Notes: a model not told the origin generated them from the letters alone. Counted from the first letter of the stretch, positions 8,872 to 18,310 are shown. The stretch: DNA of 32,000 nt from Candidatus Lokiarchaeum ossiferum (GCA_025839675.1 CP104013.1:1920001-1952000), one strand, 5' to 3'. A program made the numbers and translations.

Positions 8872-9723
8872 ATCGTTTTCTCCTATCGTTTCAGGGATTT
8901 GGGTTTGATCTGCCAAAAGGTACACGTGAAAACATGCAAATTGATTTTCTTCCGATTCAAATTTTAGAAATCCTTCATAAACATCTAAAATCGTTTGGCA
9001 ATACGATAATCCCAAGCCTAAACCTTGATATTTCTCATCTTCCGGGAGAATTTCTTTAGTTTTTTTGGTAGTAAAGAACGGATTAAATATCTGATCACTT
9101 ATTTTAGCAGATACACCTAATCCATCATCATGAAAATCAATCACTACGTACGTTTTTTCCATGGATCCATGGGAAATAACTTCATTTCTAATCTTAATTT
9201 TCACAAGTTTCTTGTCTTCATTATATTGCGTATCTGTATATTTCTTTCGAAGAGAATAAATGGCATTATCTAAAATATTCATAAATACTTGCTGAATTTC
9301 ATCGCGTCTTACGAAGGAATGTGAAAATTTGGCTTCAGATTCCATTCGAATTTGAATTTGAGATTTGATAATGATCGGGTCCATTAACTTCAAAACACCC
9401 AATAAGATCTCTTCTAAATTACAACTTTTTGGAGTCTTAGAACTGGGGCGTGAAAAATCAAGAAGATTTTTAGTAATTTTCGCCACCCGTTGGCATTCCG
9501 AGAGAATTTCTTGCAGACTATCATAATGTTCAGAAGCAGATGTTAAGGTAAGAGACCCATGTTCTTGAATATCCTCTAATATCAACGAAATATAGTTTTG
9601 TATAATCATTACAGGATTATTAATTTCGTGGGCGACTCCCGAAGCCATTTTACCCAATAAAATAAATTTTTCCGAATCAAGAACTTTTTGAACTATTTCA
9701 TGATTAGCCTTTGTTTCATTCAT
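8857..9723 (-). CDS. Sensor-less (minimal) histidine kinase, DHp + HATPase_c only
   Basis: H-box is MASGVAHEINNPV, N-box is MNILDNAIYS, G1 is DDGLGV and G2 is QGLGLGLSYC. The track start at 9849 overlaps the thiolase 3' end. The internal ATG at 9721-9723 (MNETKANHEIV...) is the plausible start. There is no TM segment or PAS/GAF-sized N-terminal region. Confidence 0.8.
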   Translation of the reverse strand: MNETKANHEIVQKVLDSEKFILLGKMASGVAHEINNPVMIIQNYISLILEDIQEHGSLTLTSASEHYDSLQEILSECQRVAKITKNLLDFSRPSSKTPKSCNLEEILLGVLKLMDPIIIKSQIQIRMESEAKFSHSFVRRDEIQQVFMNILDNAIYSLRKKYTDTQYNEDKKLVKIKIRNEVISHGSMEKTYVVIDFHDDGLGVSAKISDQIFNPFFTTKKTKEILPEDEKYQGLGLGLSYCQTILDVYEGFLKFESEENQFACFHVYLLADQTQIPETIGENDLVTF

Positions 9724-9800
9724 CCGATATCTACATAAGTTGGGGATACTAAAAAATAATTTCCATTTAGAACTAACAAGAAAAATAAAAAAAAGGGGAA

Positions 9801-11033
9801 TTAAAGGCGTTCTAAATACACAGCTTCTGAAACACCACCGCCACCACAAAGTGTGGCCAATCCTTTGGTATTACCAGAATGAATTAATTCATATAGAAGA
9901 GTAACCATAATTCTTGCCCCTGTACAACCTACAGGATGACCTAACCCTATTCCAGATCCATGAACATTAGTTACTTCCCGATTCAATCCTAATTCTCGTT
10001 CACAAGCTAAATATTGAGAAGCGAAGGCTTCATTGATTTCGATTCGTTCAAAATCGCTTAAATTCATGCCGGTGCGTGCTAACAAATTCTTTGTTGCCGG
10101 AACTGGACTCAATCCCATGTGTTCAGGCTCACAACCTCCCATTCCAAAACCACCAAATCGAGCCAAAGGTTTTAGTCCAAGTTCTTTTGCTTTATCCGCT
10201 GCCATAATGACCATTGCAGCAGCCCCATCATTGATTCCAGAAGCATTGCCAGCAGTAACCGTGCCCGTTTTTGGAATAAAAGCAGGACGCAGTTTGGCGA
10301 GTTTTTCCATGGTTAGTCTAGGTTGGAAATGTTCATCCTTGCTAACAATAATTTCACCTTTCCGTCTATCTTTAACAGTAATAGGCACCATTTCATCATC
10401 AAAGATACCTTCTACATTTGCTCTTTCAGCTTCATTGTGTGAACGAAGAGCTACTTCATCTTGTTCTTCTCGAGTAAAATTGAATTTTTGAGCGAGAAAT
10501 TCGGCGGTTAATCCCATAATATATGGTTTTCCACGAGCCCATTCAATGGCACCGTCATTAGGATATTTTACAAAATGACTTCCTGCATGTAATCCATGGA
10601 TCAACCCATCCTTAAATGTTTTATCTTGTAGTCGGCAACCCCATCGAGCTTCTTCAACAACATATGGAACGTTAGACATAGATTCCATCCCACCCACCAA
10701 AACAACATCAGAAACACCAGATTGAATTTGCCAAACACCAGACATCGTTGCTTCCATTCCACTTATACATACACGATTGATTGTCACCGCAGGAATAGTA
10801 TTGGGAATTCCCGCTAATAAAGCCGATACTCTAGCAACATTCAATGCATCAACAGGCTCTAAACAACATCCAAACCGTACGTCTTGCAAAATATTCGGAT
10901 CAATTTCTGCCCGTTTAATAGCTTCGGTCATCACTGCGGCCCCAAGATGAGGTGTTTGCACTTTTTTTAACGACCCACCAAAAGCTCCAATAGGAGTTCG
11001 ACAGGCACTAACAATTACTACTTCACGTGTCAT
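9801..11033 (-). CDS. Acetyl-CoA C-acetyltransferase (thiolase II type)
   Basis: MTREVVIVSACRTPIGAFGGSL is a canonical thiolase N-terminus. The nucleophile Cys is in VNRVCISGMEA. The C-terminal motifs are NVHGSGIGLGHPVGCTGARI and LCGGGGVSEAV. The track start at 11237 adds 68 hydrophobic, low-complexity residues and is probably not real. ATG at 11031-11033 is preferred. Confidence 0.9.
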   Translation of the reverse strand: MTREVVIVSACRTPIGAFGGSLKKVQTPHLGAAVMTEAIKRAEIDPNILQDVRFGCCLEPVDALNVARVSALLAGIPNTIPAVTINRVCISGMEATMSGVWQIQSGVSDVVLVGGMESMSNVPYVVEEARWGCRLQDKTFKDGLIHGLHAGSHFVKYPNDGAIEWARGKPYIMGLTAEFLAQKFNFTREEQDEVALRSHNEAERANVEGIFDDEMVPITVKDRRKGEIIVSKDEHFQPRLTMEKLAKLRPAFIPKTGTVTAGNASGINDGAAAMVIMAADKAKELGLKPLARFGGFGMGGCEPEHMGLSPVPATKNLLARTGMNLSDFERIEINEAFASQYLACERELGLNREVTNVHGSGIGLGHPVGCTGARIMVTLLYELIHSGNTKGLATLCGGGGVSEAVYLERL

Positions 11034-11508
11034 TAAAATCACTTTATTTCTTATTTTTCTAAAAAAACTAAAGAAACTATATTTTGACTCTGAGTATTCC
11101 TTAAAAATAGTTTTTTTAAGTTTTTCGCGTAATTTAGGGAAATTCGTGCTCAAATAAAAACCAATCTCAAGAAGTAATACTATTCCGAGTATTACTACCC
11201 GATTAGTTAGGATTAGATAAATATGTATCCTTTCCATGGAGAAAAGGATGGATTAGAATTTTTTACTTCTAAAAATCGCAAGTCTATAGCTTGGGTTAAT
11301 ACCTTCCGAATTCTTTTAGTATATCCAAGAAACAGAAAAAAACGCGCCAATCAAGATTTTATTGATTAAAAGTGGACTAATCTTGATGAAACTGAAGATT
11401 AATCTTGGTCAAAATACATTTTGAATGATTTATTAATCTAACACTACGAGGGAATTTAATTCATTATAATCAAACACATGTACTTAGTAGAAAAAATAGG
11501 TCGATTTT

Positions 11509-14472
11509 ATGCCCAGTGATCCAAAAAAAAAAAAAAAAACCCCACCGAAAGGATTTACCAATTTGAATCAATTTATGACTCCTTCTTCAGGTTCAAAAAA
11601 AAAAAAATCTTCACAAAAAATAACCCATTTAACTAAAAATGATAAATCAAATTCAAACAAACCAGTATCTAAATCCACTTCTTCAATTACAGAACAAAAA
11701 AAAGATAATCCGGCATCTACCAAGGATTTTAAAAATGCTACGAAGAGCAAAAAAAAACCCCACCTTCAAGAAAAATCCATCGTACGTGATAAGGTAATAA
11801 AAGAAGAAGATATGCTTCAAAAAGTCTTTTTTGAACCGAATTCAGCCCCGATAGGAGATTCTCAATATGATTTTGAATTAGAAAGAGAGAGTCGAGAAGC
11901 ACAAAAATCATGGCATCTTCGGATCTTGCAGAAAGCGGATGAAATAATTCAAGATATGGAAAAAGGCATCCTCCTAACCGTGGATTACGACGGAGGTCAG
12001 AATAAGGCGTTTGCAAAATTTTATGACACTAAAGATCAAAAAATTAAAATCTGGATTGATACTACCAAGCATCAATCATATTGTTATCACAAAGATTCTG
12101 AAGATGAACTATCCCAGAATCTAGATCTGATTGATTTAGAGGGATTTGACCATCTCGAAACTGTGAAAAAATATGATTTATTAGAAGATAAAGAAATTGA
12201 GTTAACAAAAATCTATGGAGATGCACCATCCCATATTGGGGGTGCTAATGGTATTCGGGAAATACTTGGGGGTGCATGGGAATCCAGAATTCGATACCAT
12301 CACAATTTTATTTATGACAATGAATTAATTCCAGGAATGCCGTATAAAATCGAGAAAGGGATAGTATCACCATTAGAACCTGAAATTGATCCAATCCTAC
12401 AACAAGAACTCTTTGAGGTATTTAAAACCGCTCCTGAAGAAATTCAAGAAATGGCAAAGGTCTACCAACCGGTTTTTTCTGCACCTCCAGGCGAAGTTAA
12501 ACGTTTAGCATACGACATTGAGGTAGAAGAAACCCCTGACGGAACCCTACCCGATCCGATGCTCGCAAAATTCAAAGTTATTAGTGTATCCTTTGCTGCT
12601 ACAGATGGACTTAAACAAGTTTATTGTTTGGATCGGGATGATGTTGAAATTGGAACTGTTCCAGAAGATTTTCCCCAAGATGCAGTAGTCAAATTTTTTA
12701 AAGATGAAAGAGAATTGCTAAAAGAAACCTTCCGCTTATTCTGGGATTATCCCATAATTCTAACTTTCAATGGAGATAATTTTGATAATACTTATCTATA
12801 TCACCGCGCCCGACGCATGAAAATTAGTGAAAAAATAAACCCCATTTATGTTTCACGCGGTGGTGGAATGGTTACACATAATACCGATTATAAGCATGCA
12901 ATCCACATTGATATTTTCCAATTTTTTGCAAATCGAAGTATTAAAGGATACGCTTTTGGAGGCGCTTATCTTAAAAATTCACTTGAAGCAGTAGCTTCTG
13001 CGTTACTTGGTGAGGGAAAGGTGAAACATGAAGGGGTACTAATTGGAAAAATGACTCTCGCCGATTTGATCCATTATAACTTGATGGATTCCATGCTAAC
13101 TTTAGAACTCACAACATTTAATAATAATTTGATGTGGAATTTGTTGATAGTTATTATGCGGATCACTCGATTACCCATGCAAGATACGTTCAGGTTGCAA
13201 ATTTCTGCATGGATCCGTTCTCTGATATATTCTGAACACAAGCGAAAAAATTACTTAATTCCACGGATGAGTGAATTAGAACGACGAGGAAAATTTTCAC
13301 GTAATAAAACAGAAAAATTTCAGGGAGCCTATGTAATAGATCCAGTTCCGGGGGCCCATTATAATGTAGGAGTATTGGATTTTTCGAGTTTGTATCCTTC
13401 GATAATTAAAACGCGAAATCTGTCATATGAGACAATTAATTGCCACCATCCAGAATGTGAAGATAATTTTCTTCCCGATTCTCCATATTATACATGTACT
13501 AAACGAATGGGTATTTTTGCATACGTTGTTGGTTTCCTTCGGGATGTACGAGTAAAATGGTTTAAATCCCTCTCAAACAACAAAAATGTTGCAGAAAATG
13601 AACGCCATACTGCAAAAGTAATGGCTGCTGCACTAAAGGTGTTTATAAACGGATCTTACGGTGTGTTTGGGAGTCCAGTGTTTCCTTTTTACTACCTTCC
13701 GGTTGCCGAATCAACCACAAACATTGGACGGTATTCCATTCAAAAAACCATAGATAAATCGGAAGAAATGGGAGTCAAAGTATTGTATGGTGATACAGAT
13801 TCTGTTTTTCTTTTGCAACCGACAGAAAAACAAATAAAAGAATTAGTAAAGTGGTCAGAAGAAAAACTCGATTTAGATTTGGAATTGGAAAAAACCTATC
13901 AATTTCTGGCTCTATCTGGAAGGAAAAAAAACTACATAGGAGTGCGTCAGGGGGGTAAACAAGTCGATTTAAAAGGACTCATGGCAAAGAAGCACAATAC
14001 TCCCGAATTTATAAAAAAACGCTTCAATGATGTTCAAACAGTTTTAACCAAAATCACAGATGATGAATCCTTTAAAGCCAATCGTGAAGAAATAATTCAA
14101 ATCATTAAACAAACAAATCGATTAATTGGTAAAACAAAAGAAAAGGGCGGATTTGACATAAAAGATTATGGAATTATGACTGCACTGAAAAAAGGGATCT
14201 CTGCATACACGAAAGCGATCCCCCAACATGTAAAAGCGGCACAAATGCTTCCCGAACAGGAACAAAAGAAACTCGAACGAGGAACCTTCATCACATATGT
14301 AAAAACGAGAAGTCAAGCAGGAGTAAAACCCGTTTCCTTAGCAACATTAGCTGATATCGATTATAAAAAGTATAAAGAAATGGTAAGGAGCACTTTCGAA
14401 CAAGTTCTAGACGCTTTGGGCATTAATTACGAGGAAATTCAAGGAATTAAGAAATTGTCAAGTTTTTTTTAA
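11509..14472 (+). CDS. polB: Family B DNA polymerase with a ~150-aa Lys/Ser-rich N-terminal extension
   Basis: Exo I is LAYDIEVEE, Exo II is FNGDNFDNTYLY and Exo III is IHYNLMDSM. Pol motif A is LDFSSLYPSII, motif B is KVFINGSYGVFG and motif C is VLYGDTDSVF. The usual archaeal PolB N-terminus begins near MEKGILLTVDYDGG (about residue 150). The frame is nevertheless open from ATG 11509. Confidence 0.92.
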   Translation: MPSDPKKKKKTPPKGFTNLNQFMTPSSGSKKKKSSQKITHLTKNDKSNSNKPVSKSTSSITEQKKDNPASTKDFKNATKSKKKPHLQEKSIVRDKVIKEEDMLQKVFFEPNSAPIGDSQYDFELERESREAQKSWHLRILQKADEIIQDMEKGILLTVDYDGGQNKAFAKFYDTKDQKIKIWIDTTKHQSYCYHKDSEDELSQNLDLIDLEGFDHLETVKKYDLLEDKEIELTKIYGDAPSHIGGANGIREILGGAWESRIRYHHNFIYDNELIPGMPYKIEKGIVSPLEPEIDPILQQELFEVFKTAPEEIQEMAKVYQPVFSAPPGEVKRLAYDIEVEETPDGTLPDPMLAKFKVISVSFAATDGLKQVYCLDRDDVEIGTVPEDFPQDAVVKFFKDERELLKETFRLFWDYPIILTFNGDNFDNTYLYHRARRMKISEKINPIYVSRGGGMVTHNTDYKHAIHIDIFQFFANRSIKGYAFGGAYLKNSLEAVASALLGEGKVKHEGVLIGKMTLADLIHYNLMDSMLTLELTTFNNNLMWNLLIVIMRITRLPMQDTFRLQISAWIRSLIYSEHKRKNYLIPRMSELERRGKFSRNKTEKFQGAYVIDPVPGAHYNVGVLDFSSLYPSIIKTRNLSYETINCHHPECEDNFLPDSPYYTCTKRMGIFAYVVGFLRDVRVKWFKSLSNNKNVAENERHTAKVMAAALKVFINGSYGVFGSPVFPFYYLPVAESTTNIGRYSIQKTIDKSEEMGVKVLYGDTDSVFLLQPTEKQIKELVKWSEEKLDLDLELEKTYQFLALSGRKKNYIGVRQGGKQVDLKGLMAKKHNTPEFIKKRFNDVQTVLTKITDDESFKANREEIIQIIKQTNRLIGKTKEKGGFDIKDYGIMTALKKGISAYTKAIPQHVKAAQMLPEQEQKKLERGTFITYVKTRSQAGVKPVSLATLADIDYKKYKEMVRSTFEQVLDALGINYEEIQGIKKLSSFF

Positions 14473-14490
14473 TTCGTGGAAAATCCTTTC

Positions 14491-14502
14491 AATCTTTTTT
14501 TT
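14491..14502 (+). terminator. Oligo-T tract downstream of polB (candidate archaeal terminator)
   Basis: A T8 run at 14495-14502 lies about 23 nt after the polB TAA, in the 28-bp gap between convergent genes. Archaeal RNA polymerase terminates at oligo-T tracts. This is sequence context only. Confidence 0.3.
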
Positions 14503-15043
14503 AGAGATTTTTCTTAAATTCGGGTAATTCTCGGAGTTTTGTAATAACTTTTTCAACTTCTTGGCGTGAGTTGAACGGAATAGTTGCCACAAGCGATTTT
14601 ATTAGGGGTTGAAAATTGGGAGTAGTTTGCTGAGAAATCGGAATCATTTTTTTTAAAATGGTAACTATGAGATTTTCGTTTAGAAATAGATAATATGGTT
14701 TAATATAAATCACCATGGGACCATATTGCCACGTTTTAGATAAACTGTACATTGCTTTATGGAGTTTTTGTTCAGACCAATCAATATTTTTGATGATTTC
14801 TTCTTCGCGAGCAATTTGAAATTTCAACAAAATTTTCATTAAAGGATTATATTTCAAACGATTTATTGACCCCGGACTCGAGACCAGATAATAGAAAAGC
14901 ATAATTAGTAACATTCCACCAATGGTAAGTATACCAACCAATTCCGACACTAAAGTGTACAACAGAATGCTAATAGCAATAATAATTATAAAAATAAACA
15001 TTTCCAAAAATTGCGGAAGATATTTTCGTAGTCGATATAACAT
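14501..15043 (-). CDS. Hypothetical membrane protein (two N-terminal TM helices plus a soluble C-terminal domain)
   Basis: Hydrophobic segments FIFIIIIAISILLYTLV and VGILTIGGMLLIMLFYYLV. It lies 55 bp downstream of, and co-oriented with, the C25 peptidase gene. No recognisable motif. Confidence 0.55.
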   Translation of the reverse strand: MLYRLRKYLPQFLEMFIFIIIIAISILLYTLVSELVGILTIGGMLLIMLFYYLVSSPGSINRLKYNPLMKILLKFQIAREEEIIKNIDWSEQKLHKAMYSLSKTWQYGPMVIYIKPYYLFLNENLIVTILKKMIPISQQTTPNFQPLIKSLVATIPFNSRQEVEKVITKLRELPEFKKNL

Positions 15044-15098
15044 GAAATTTCACTAATCCCTAATGCACAATCATTAATTAATACTAATCACTTTGATT

Positions 15099-17300
15099 TT
15101 AATCGTTCCTAGAGAAATTTTTGACCACTTCTTCAAATTGATCAGAAAGAATATCATCAAATGAAAGTTCTAATGTTAATTCAGTTAATTTTTTCTTTTT
15201 TCTGAAAAGATTAATAGAAACAAAAGCCGCAATTCCCATTGCAACAACACTAAAATTCAAAATAGATAATATATAGAATTGTAAGGGGGTTTTAATTTTA
15301 AAATTGTACTCTTGAAGAGAATAAAATGTAGTATTTCCATGATTCATATAATCGTATGCAATTATCCCATACTGATACGTGCCATAGTCAAGTAATGGTA
15401 ATTCTATACCAAAATTGCGGGAAAAATTAATGGATTCCATTTCATAGAGCGTATAGTTAGCAAACTCAGAATTACTAAACACTAAATATCCCCTACAAAC
15501 CCCCACCCCGCTATCATCCAAGGTAGCAGTAATTGTTATTTTATCTGATACGGTAGGATTTTGAGGAAAAATCTCAATAGAACTAATTTTAGGAGTGATA
15601 TCATCTAAAAGCACATCAAAAGATCCAAACACAGGAATAAAATTATGGGCAAAAATGGAATAGTTTAATGAAAATTGGCCATGAGGTAAGAAGAAGGAAA
15701 CAACTCCATCTTTCCCTCCCTTTACTTGAAAATATTTATTGTCAGAAAATAATGTTAAGGTGGCGTTGGGGACGATATCTCCATTCTGGTCAGTAAGCTG
15801 GAATGAATATTTTCCTCCTTCATAGACTTGATCTCCAAGAGCCAAGAGGGGTGAAATTGCGGTTGGGGAGGACGTGTAAATATCCACACTCGGATCTCCA
15901 ACTAATGCATACGTAAGTAAAGATTTTCGTTCCATTTCAAAATAGGAAAAATTATAATTGCTTTCTGCATCTAAAAACCATTCACTGTTTGCGTACGCCC
16001 ATTTTGATTCATATAACGCTTTTCCTTGTTGATAATGCCCATTTTCAAACATCTCTCGCATAAAAAGTTTAAATAGAGCCCGATTATCATACTCTAAATC
16101 CACATCTCCAGGATAGTACCATGATAGACGAAGTGCTCCAATATAACCGATCCCAGCATTACCCTGTGAAAGGACAAATTCTTCACCTAATGTATCCCCA
16201 TCAAATCTATTTGTGGAACATGCATCGGCATATATCATTGAATACCTGCCATAATTTGTGAGACTTGAAACATCGCTTGAGCTTAAAGCATATTTCGCAG
16301 AAAATGCAGACGCACTCCCATGACCAGCATAAGCTAGGATTGAAGCCCCATTATTAATGGCAGTTAAAGCTTTGGTCTTGGTCAAAATACTGACCCTCGA
16401 ATCCTCAATAGGAGTATAATAAGAATTTTCATAATAATGAACCCAATCCATGTTTCCTTCAATTAGATTATCAATAATATATTGACTGACCACACCCTCG
16501 TGTTCCCCATCAGGATCACCTTCTTCAGGATTTGGTCCATTGGAAAGGCCGGAAATACTCACATATCTCCCCATCCAATCTCCTGCATTCGATCCATTCT
16601 CATAAAAGATTGTTTTGTCAATGATACTATTCAATTCACTTATAGTGTTGGCGGGGAATCGCCCTACATACACTTCAGGATCATAATCTAACTCTTTTTC
16701 CCCTACTTTCGTGCTGCCATTCCATTCCCAATGTTCACCCCAATATTCATCCCCATCGATATTCCAATTACCCGTTAAATCGGCGTAATAGAAATCTGTG
16801 GGTTTTAAATACTCTGAACCAAAGTTCTCATTATCTTTTACAAGGGGCGTATCGGGATTATAAACATAGCGGATTGGAATTAAATCTGTATCACCCATCA
16901 ACAGGATCCATTCAATGGGATAGATTTCATAATAGGAAATTATAGCATTTCGAATCTTTTCGGGAATATCACGCCCTTCATACGCAGAAAAATTAGATAC
17001 TACCAGAGAAGGAATCCCTCGAGAAGATTTCCATGCTGCAAATTCTTCAGCCGCAACAATATAATCAGAAATATTGGGAGTAATCAATAGCATTGTATAA
17101 TTAACATCATACCACGATTCACTTATCTCAGATTTAACCTTGGTTGCAACTTCTCCCATCATCTCATCAATTATAGTTGAATCTATGGCAGATACAAATG
17201 CAACATTCGAATTTTCAGCATTAAAAAGAAAACTTACACATAAAAGTGATAGAACTAATGCAAGAGATGCTTTTTTTGATCGAATTATAATATTTGACAT
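15099..17300 (-). CDS. Extracellular clan CD cysteine peptidase, family C25 (gingipain-like), C-terminally membrane-anchored
   Basis: Signal peptide is MSNIIIRSKKASLALVLSLLCVSFLF. C25-type blocks are ILLMGDTDLIPIRYVY, PTDFYYADL and PEVYVGRFPA. The catalytic His context is ILAYAGHGSASAF and the catalytic Cys context is MIYADACSTNRF. Ig-like/carboxypeptidase-regulatory-like repeats follow. Then comes the TM helix ILSILNFSVVAMGIAAFVSINLF, RKKKK and a 30-aa acidic tail. Confidence 0.8.
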   Translation of the reverse strand: MSNIIIRSKKASLALVLSLLCVSFLFNAENSNVAFVSAIDSTIIDEMMGEVATKVKSEISESWYDVNYTMLLITPNISDYIVAAEEFAAWKSSRGIPSLVVSNFSAYEGRDIPEKIRNAIISYYEIYPIEWILLMGDTDLIPIRYVYNPDTPLVKDNENFGSEYLKPTDFYYADLTGNWNIDGDEYWGEHWEWNGSTKVGEKELDYDPEVYVGRFPANTISELNSIIDKTIFYENGSNAGDWMGRYVSISGLSNGPNPEEGDPDGEHEGVVSQYIIDNLIEGNMDWVHYYENSYYTPIEDSRVSILTKTKALTAINNGASILAYAGHGSASAFSAKYALSSSDVSSLTNYGRYSMIYADACSTNRFDGDTLGEEFVLSQGNAGIGYIGALRLSWYYPGDVDLEYDNRALFKLFMREMFENGHYQQGKALYESKWAYANSEWFLDAESNYNFSYFEMERKSLLTYALVGDPSVDIYTSSPTAISPLLALGDQVYEGGKYSFQLTDQNGDIVPNATLTLFSDNKYFQVKGGKDGVVSFFLPHGQFSLNYSIFAHNFIPVFGSFDVLLDDITPKISSIEIFPQNPTVSDKITITATLDDSGVGVCRGYLVFSNSEFANYTLYEMESINFSRNFGIELPLLDYGTYQYGIIAYDYMNHGNTTFYSLQEYNFKIKTPLQFYILSILNFSVVAMGIAAFVSINLFRKKKKLTELTLELSFDDILSDQFEEVVKNFSRND

Positions 17301-17569
17301 GGAGAATTAACTCAAGGTGAAATGGGAATATCAGTAATGCTTTTTTACTTAATCAAAACATGAATTCGCAACTTATATATCAATTGCTTTGGAAGTAAAA
17401 TAAGGAAATTTTTAATTGGTACACTCACTGACCGATTTGGTTTCCTATTTGAAAAATCGAAAATTTTTAATCTTAAGTGAAACTAAAAATATTGTTCTTC
17501 ATCAATTATGGTTGATTAATACATCTCTACAATAAATGATGCAGAAATCAAGAAAAAACTAAAAAAATT

Positions 17570-17645
17570 GCCAGTGTGGCTTAGTGGTTATAGCGCCTGA
17601 CTTGTAATCAGGTGGCCGTGAGTTCAACTCTCACCATTGGCTCCA
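17570..17645 (+). tRNA. tRNA-Thr (anticodon UGU), genomically encoded CCA
   Basis: Hand-folded cloverleaf. Acceptor GCCAGTG/CATTGGC has one G-U pair. Anticodon stem is CCTGA/TCAGG with loop CTTGTAA. T-arm is GTGAG-TTCAACT-CTCAC. Discriminator T is followed by CCA, then a T-rich tract. Confidence 0.9.
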
Positions 17646-17680
17646 TTCTTTTCTTTTATGATTCTTCCGACTTTGGCTTT

Positions 17681-18310
17681 TCAAGCTTGAAGATGGATTG
17701 ATTTTAATTCAGTTAAAAGAATTTTGTTTAAAAAATCATCCATGGAAAAATTCATAGGAATCCCAGAATATTTATGATTTCTTATTTCGATTTGAGGAAA
17801 AATACGAATAATTTCCAAGTAATGGGCAGTTAAAGCACCAAATAGAAATTTATTCACTCGAAACTCAAATTCAGGACTTTCTTCATTGGAAATATTTTCG
17901 TTAAAATAGAGATTAATAAATTCTTGTTGGGATTTTTCCACCTCAGAACTTGCTTCGCAAATGAGATTGTTGAAATCGGGAAGATTTTTATCTTCTCGCG
18001 GATGATTCTCGAGAAGATTGATAAGAGATTGCTTAATACTTACATTTATATTGAAGGTTCTACTAATCGGAAAAAATATCAATTGAATTGTCCTTGAGGG
18101 AACGGAATGAAAATGGTTTTCTCGATCTAAAAGACCTAAAACTTCCCTATTATCAAGGGAAGTAAGATGCCACGCCATTTGCAATGAATGTTCATTTAAA
18201 AAAGAACCAAATAAACGTAACGATGGGATATTAGAAAGGGAAATAGGAGGGTTTTTCTGGAGAGCAAACCATTCGGGAAGCAATAGGACCTCATAATCAA
18301 GCATAACCAT
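17681..18310 (-). CDS. Hypothetical protein
   Basis: A 209-aa ORF with no recognisable motif. It is the last gene of a co-directional minus-strand run. Confidence 0.5.
   Translation of the reverse strand: MVMLDYEVLLLPEWFALQKNPPISLSNIPSLRLFGSFLNEHSLQMAWHLTSLDNREVLGLLDRENHFHSVPSRTIQLIFFPISRTFNINVSIKQSLINLLENHPREDKNLPDFNNLICEASSEVEKSQQEFINLYFNENISNEESPEFEFRVNKFLFGALTAHYLEIIRIFPQIEIRNHKYSGIPMNFSMDDFLNKILLTELKSIHLQA

Noticed and set aside
9724-9849. N-terminal 42-aa extension of the histidine kinase ORF (MWWRWCFRSCVF...), and the 68-aa extension of the thiolase ORF (11034-11237).
   Set aside because: The kinase extension overlaps the thiolase 3' end and has odd composition. The thiolase extension precedes a canonical family N-terminus, MTREVVIVSACRTP. 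Internal ATGs give family-typical lengths.
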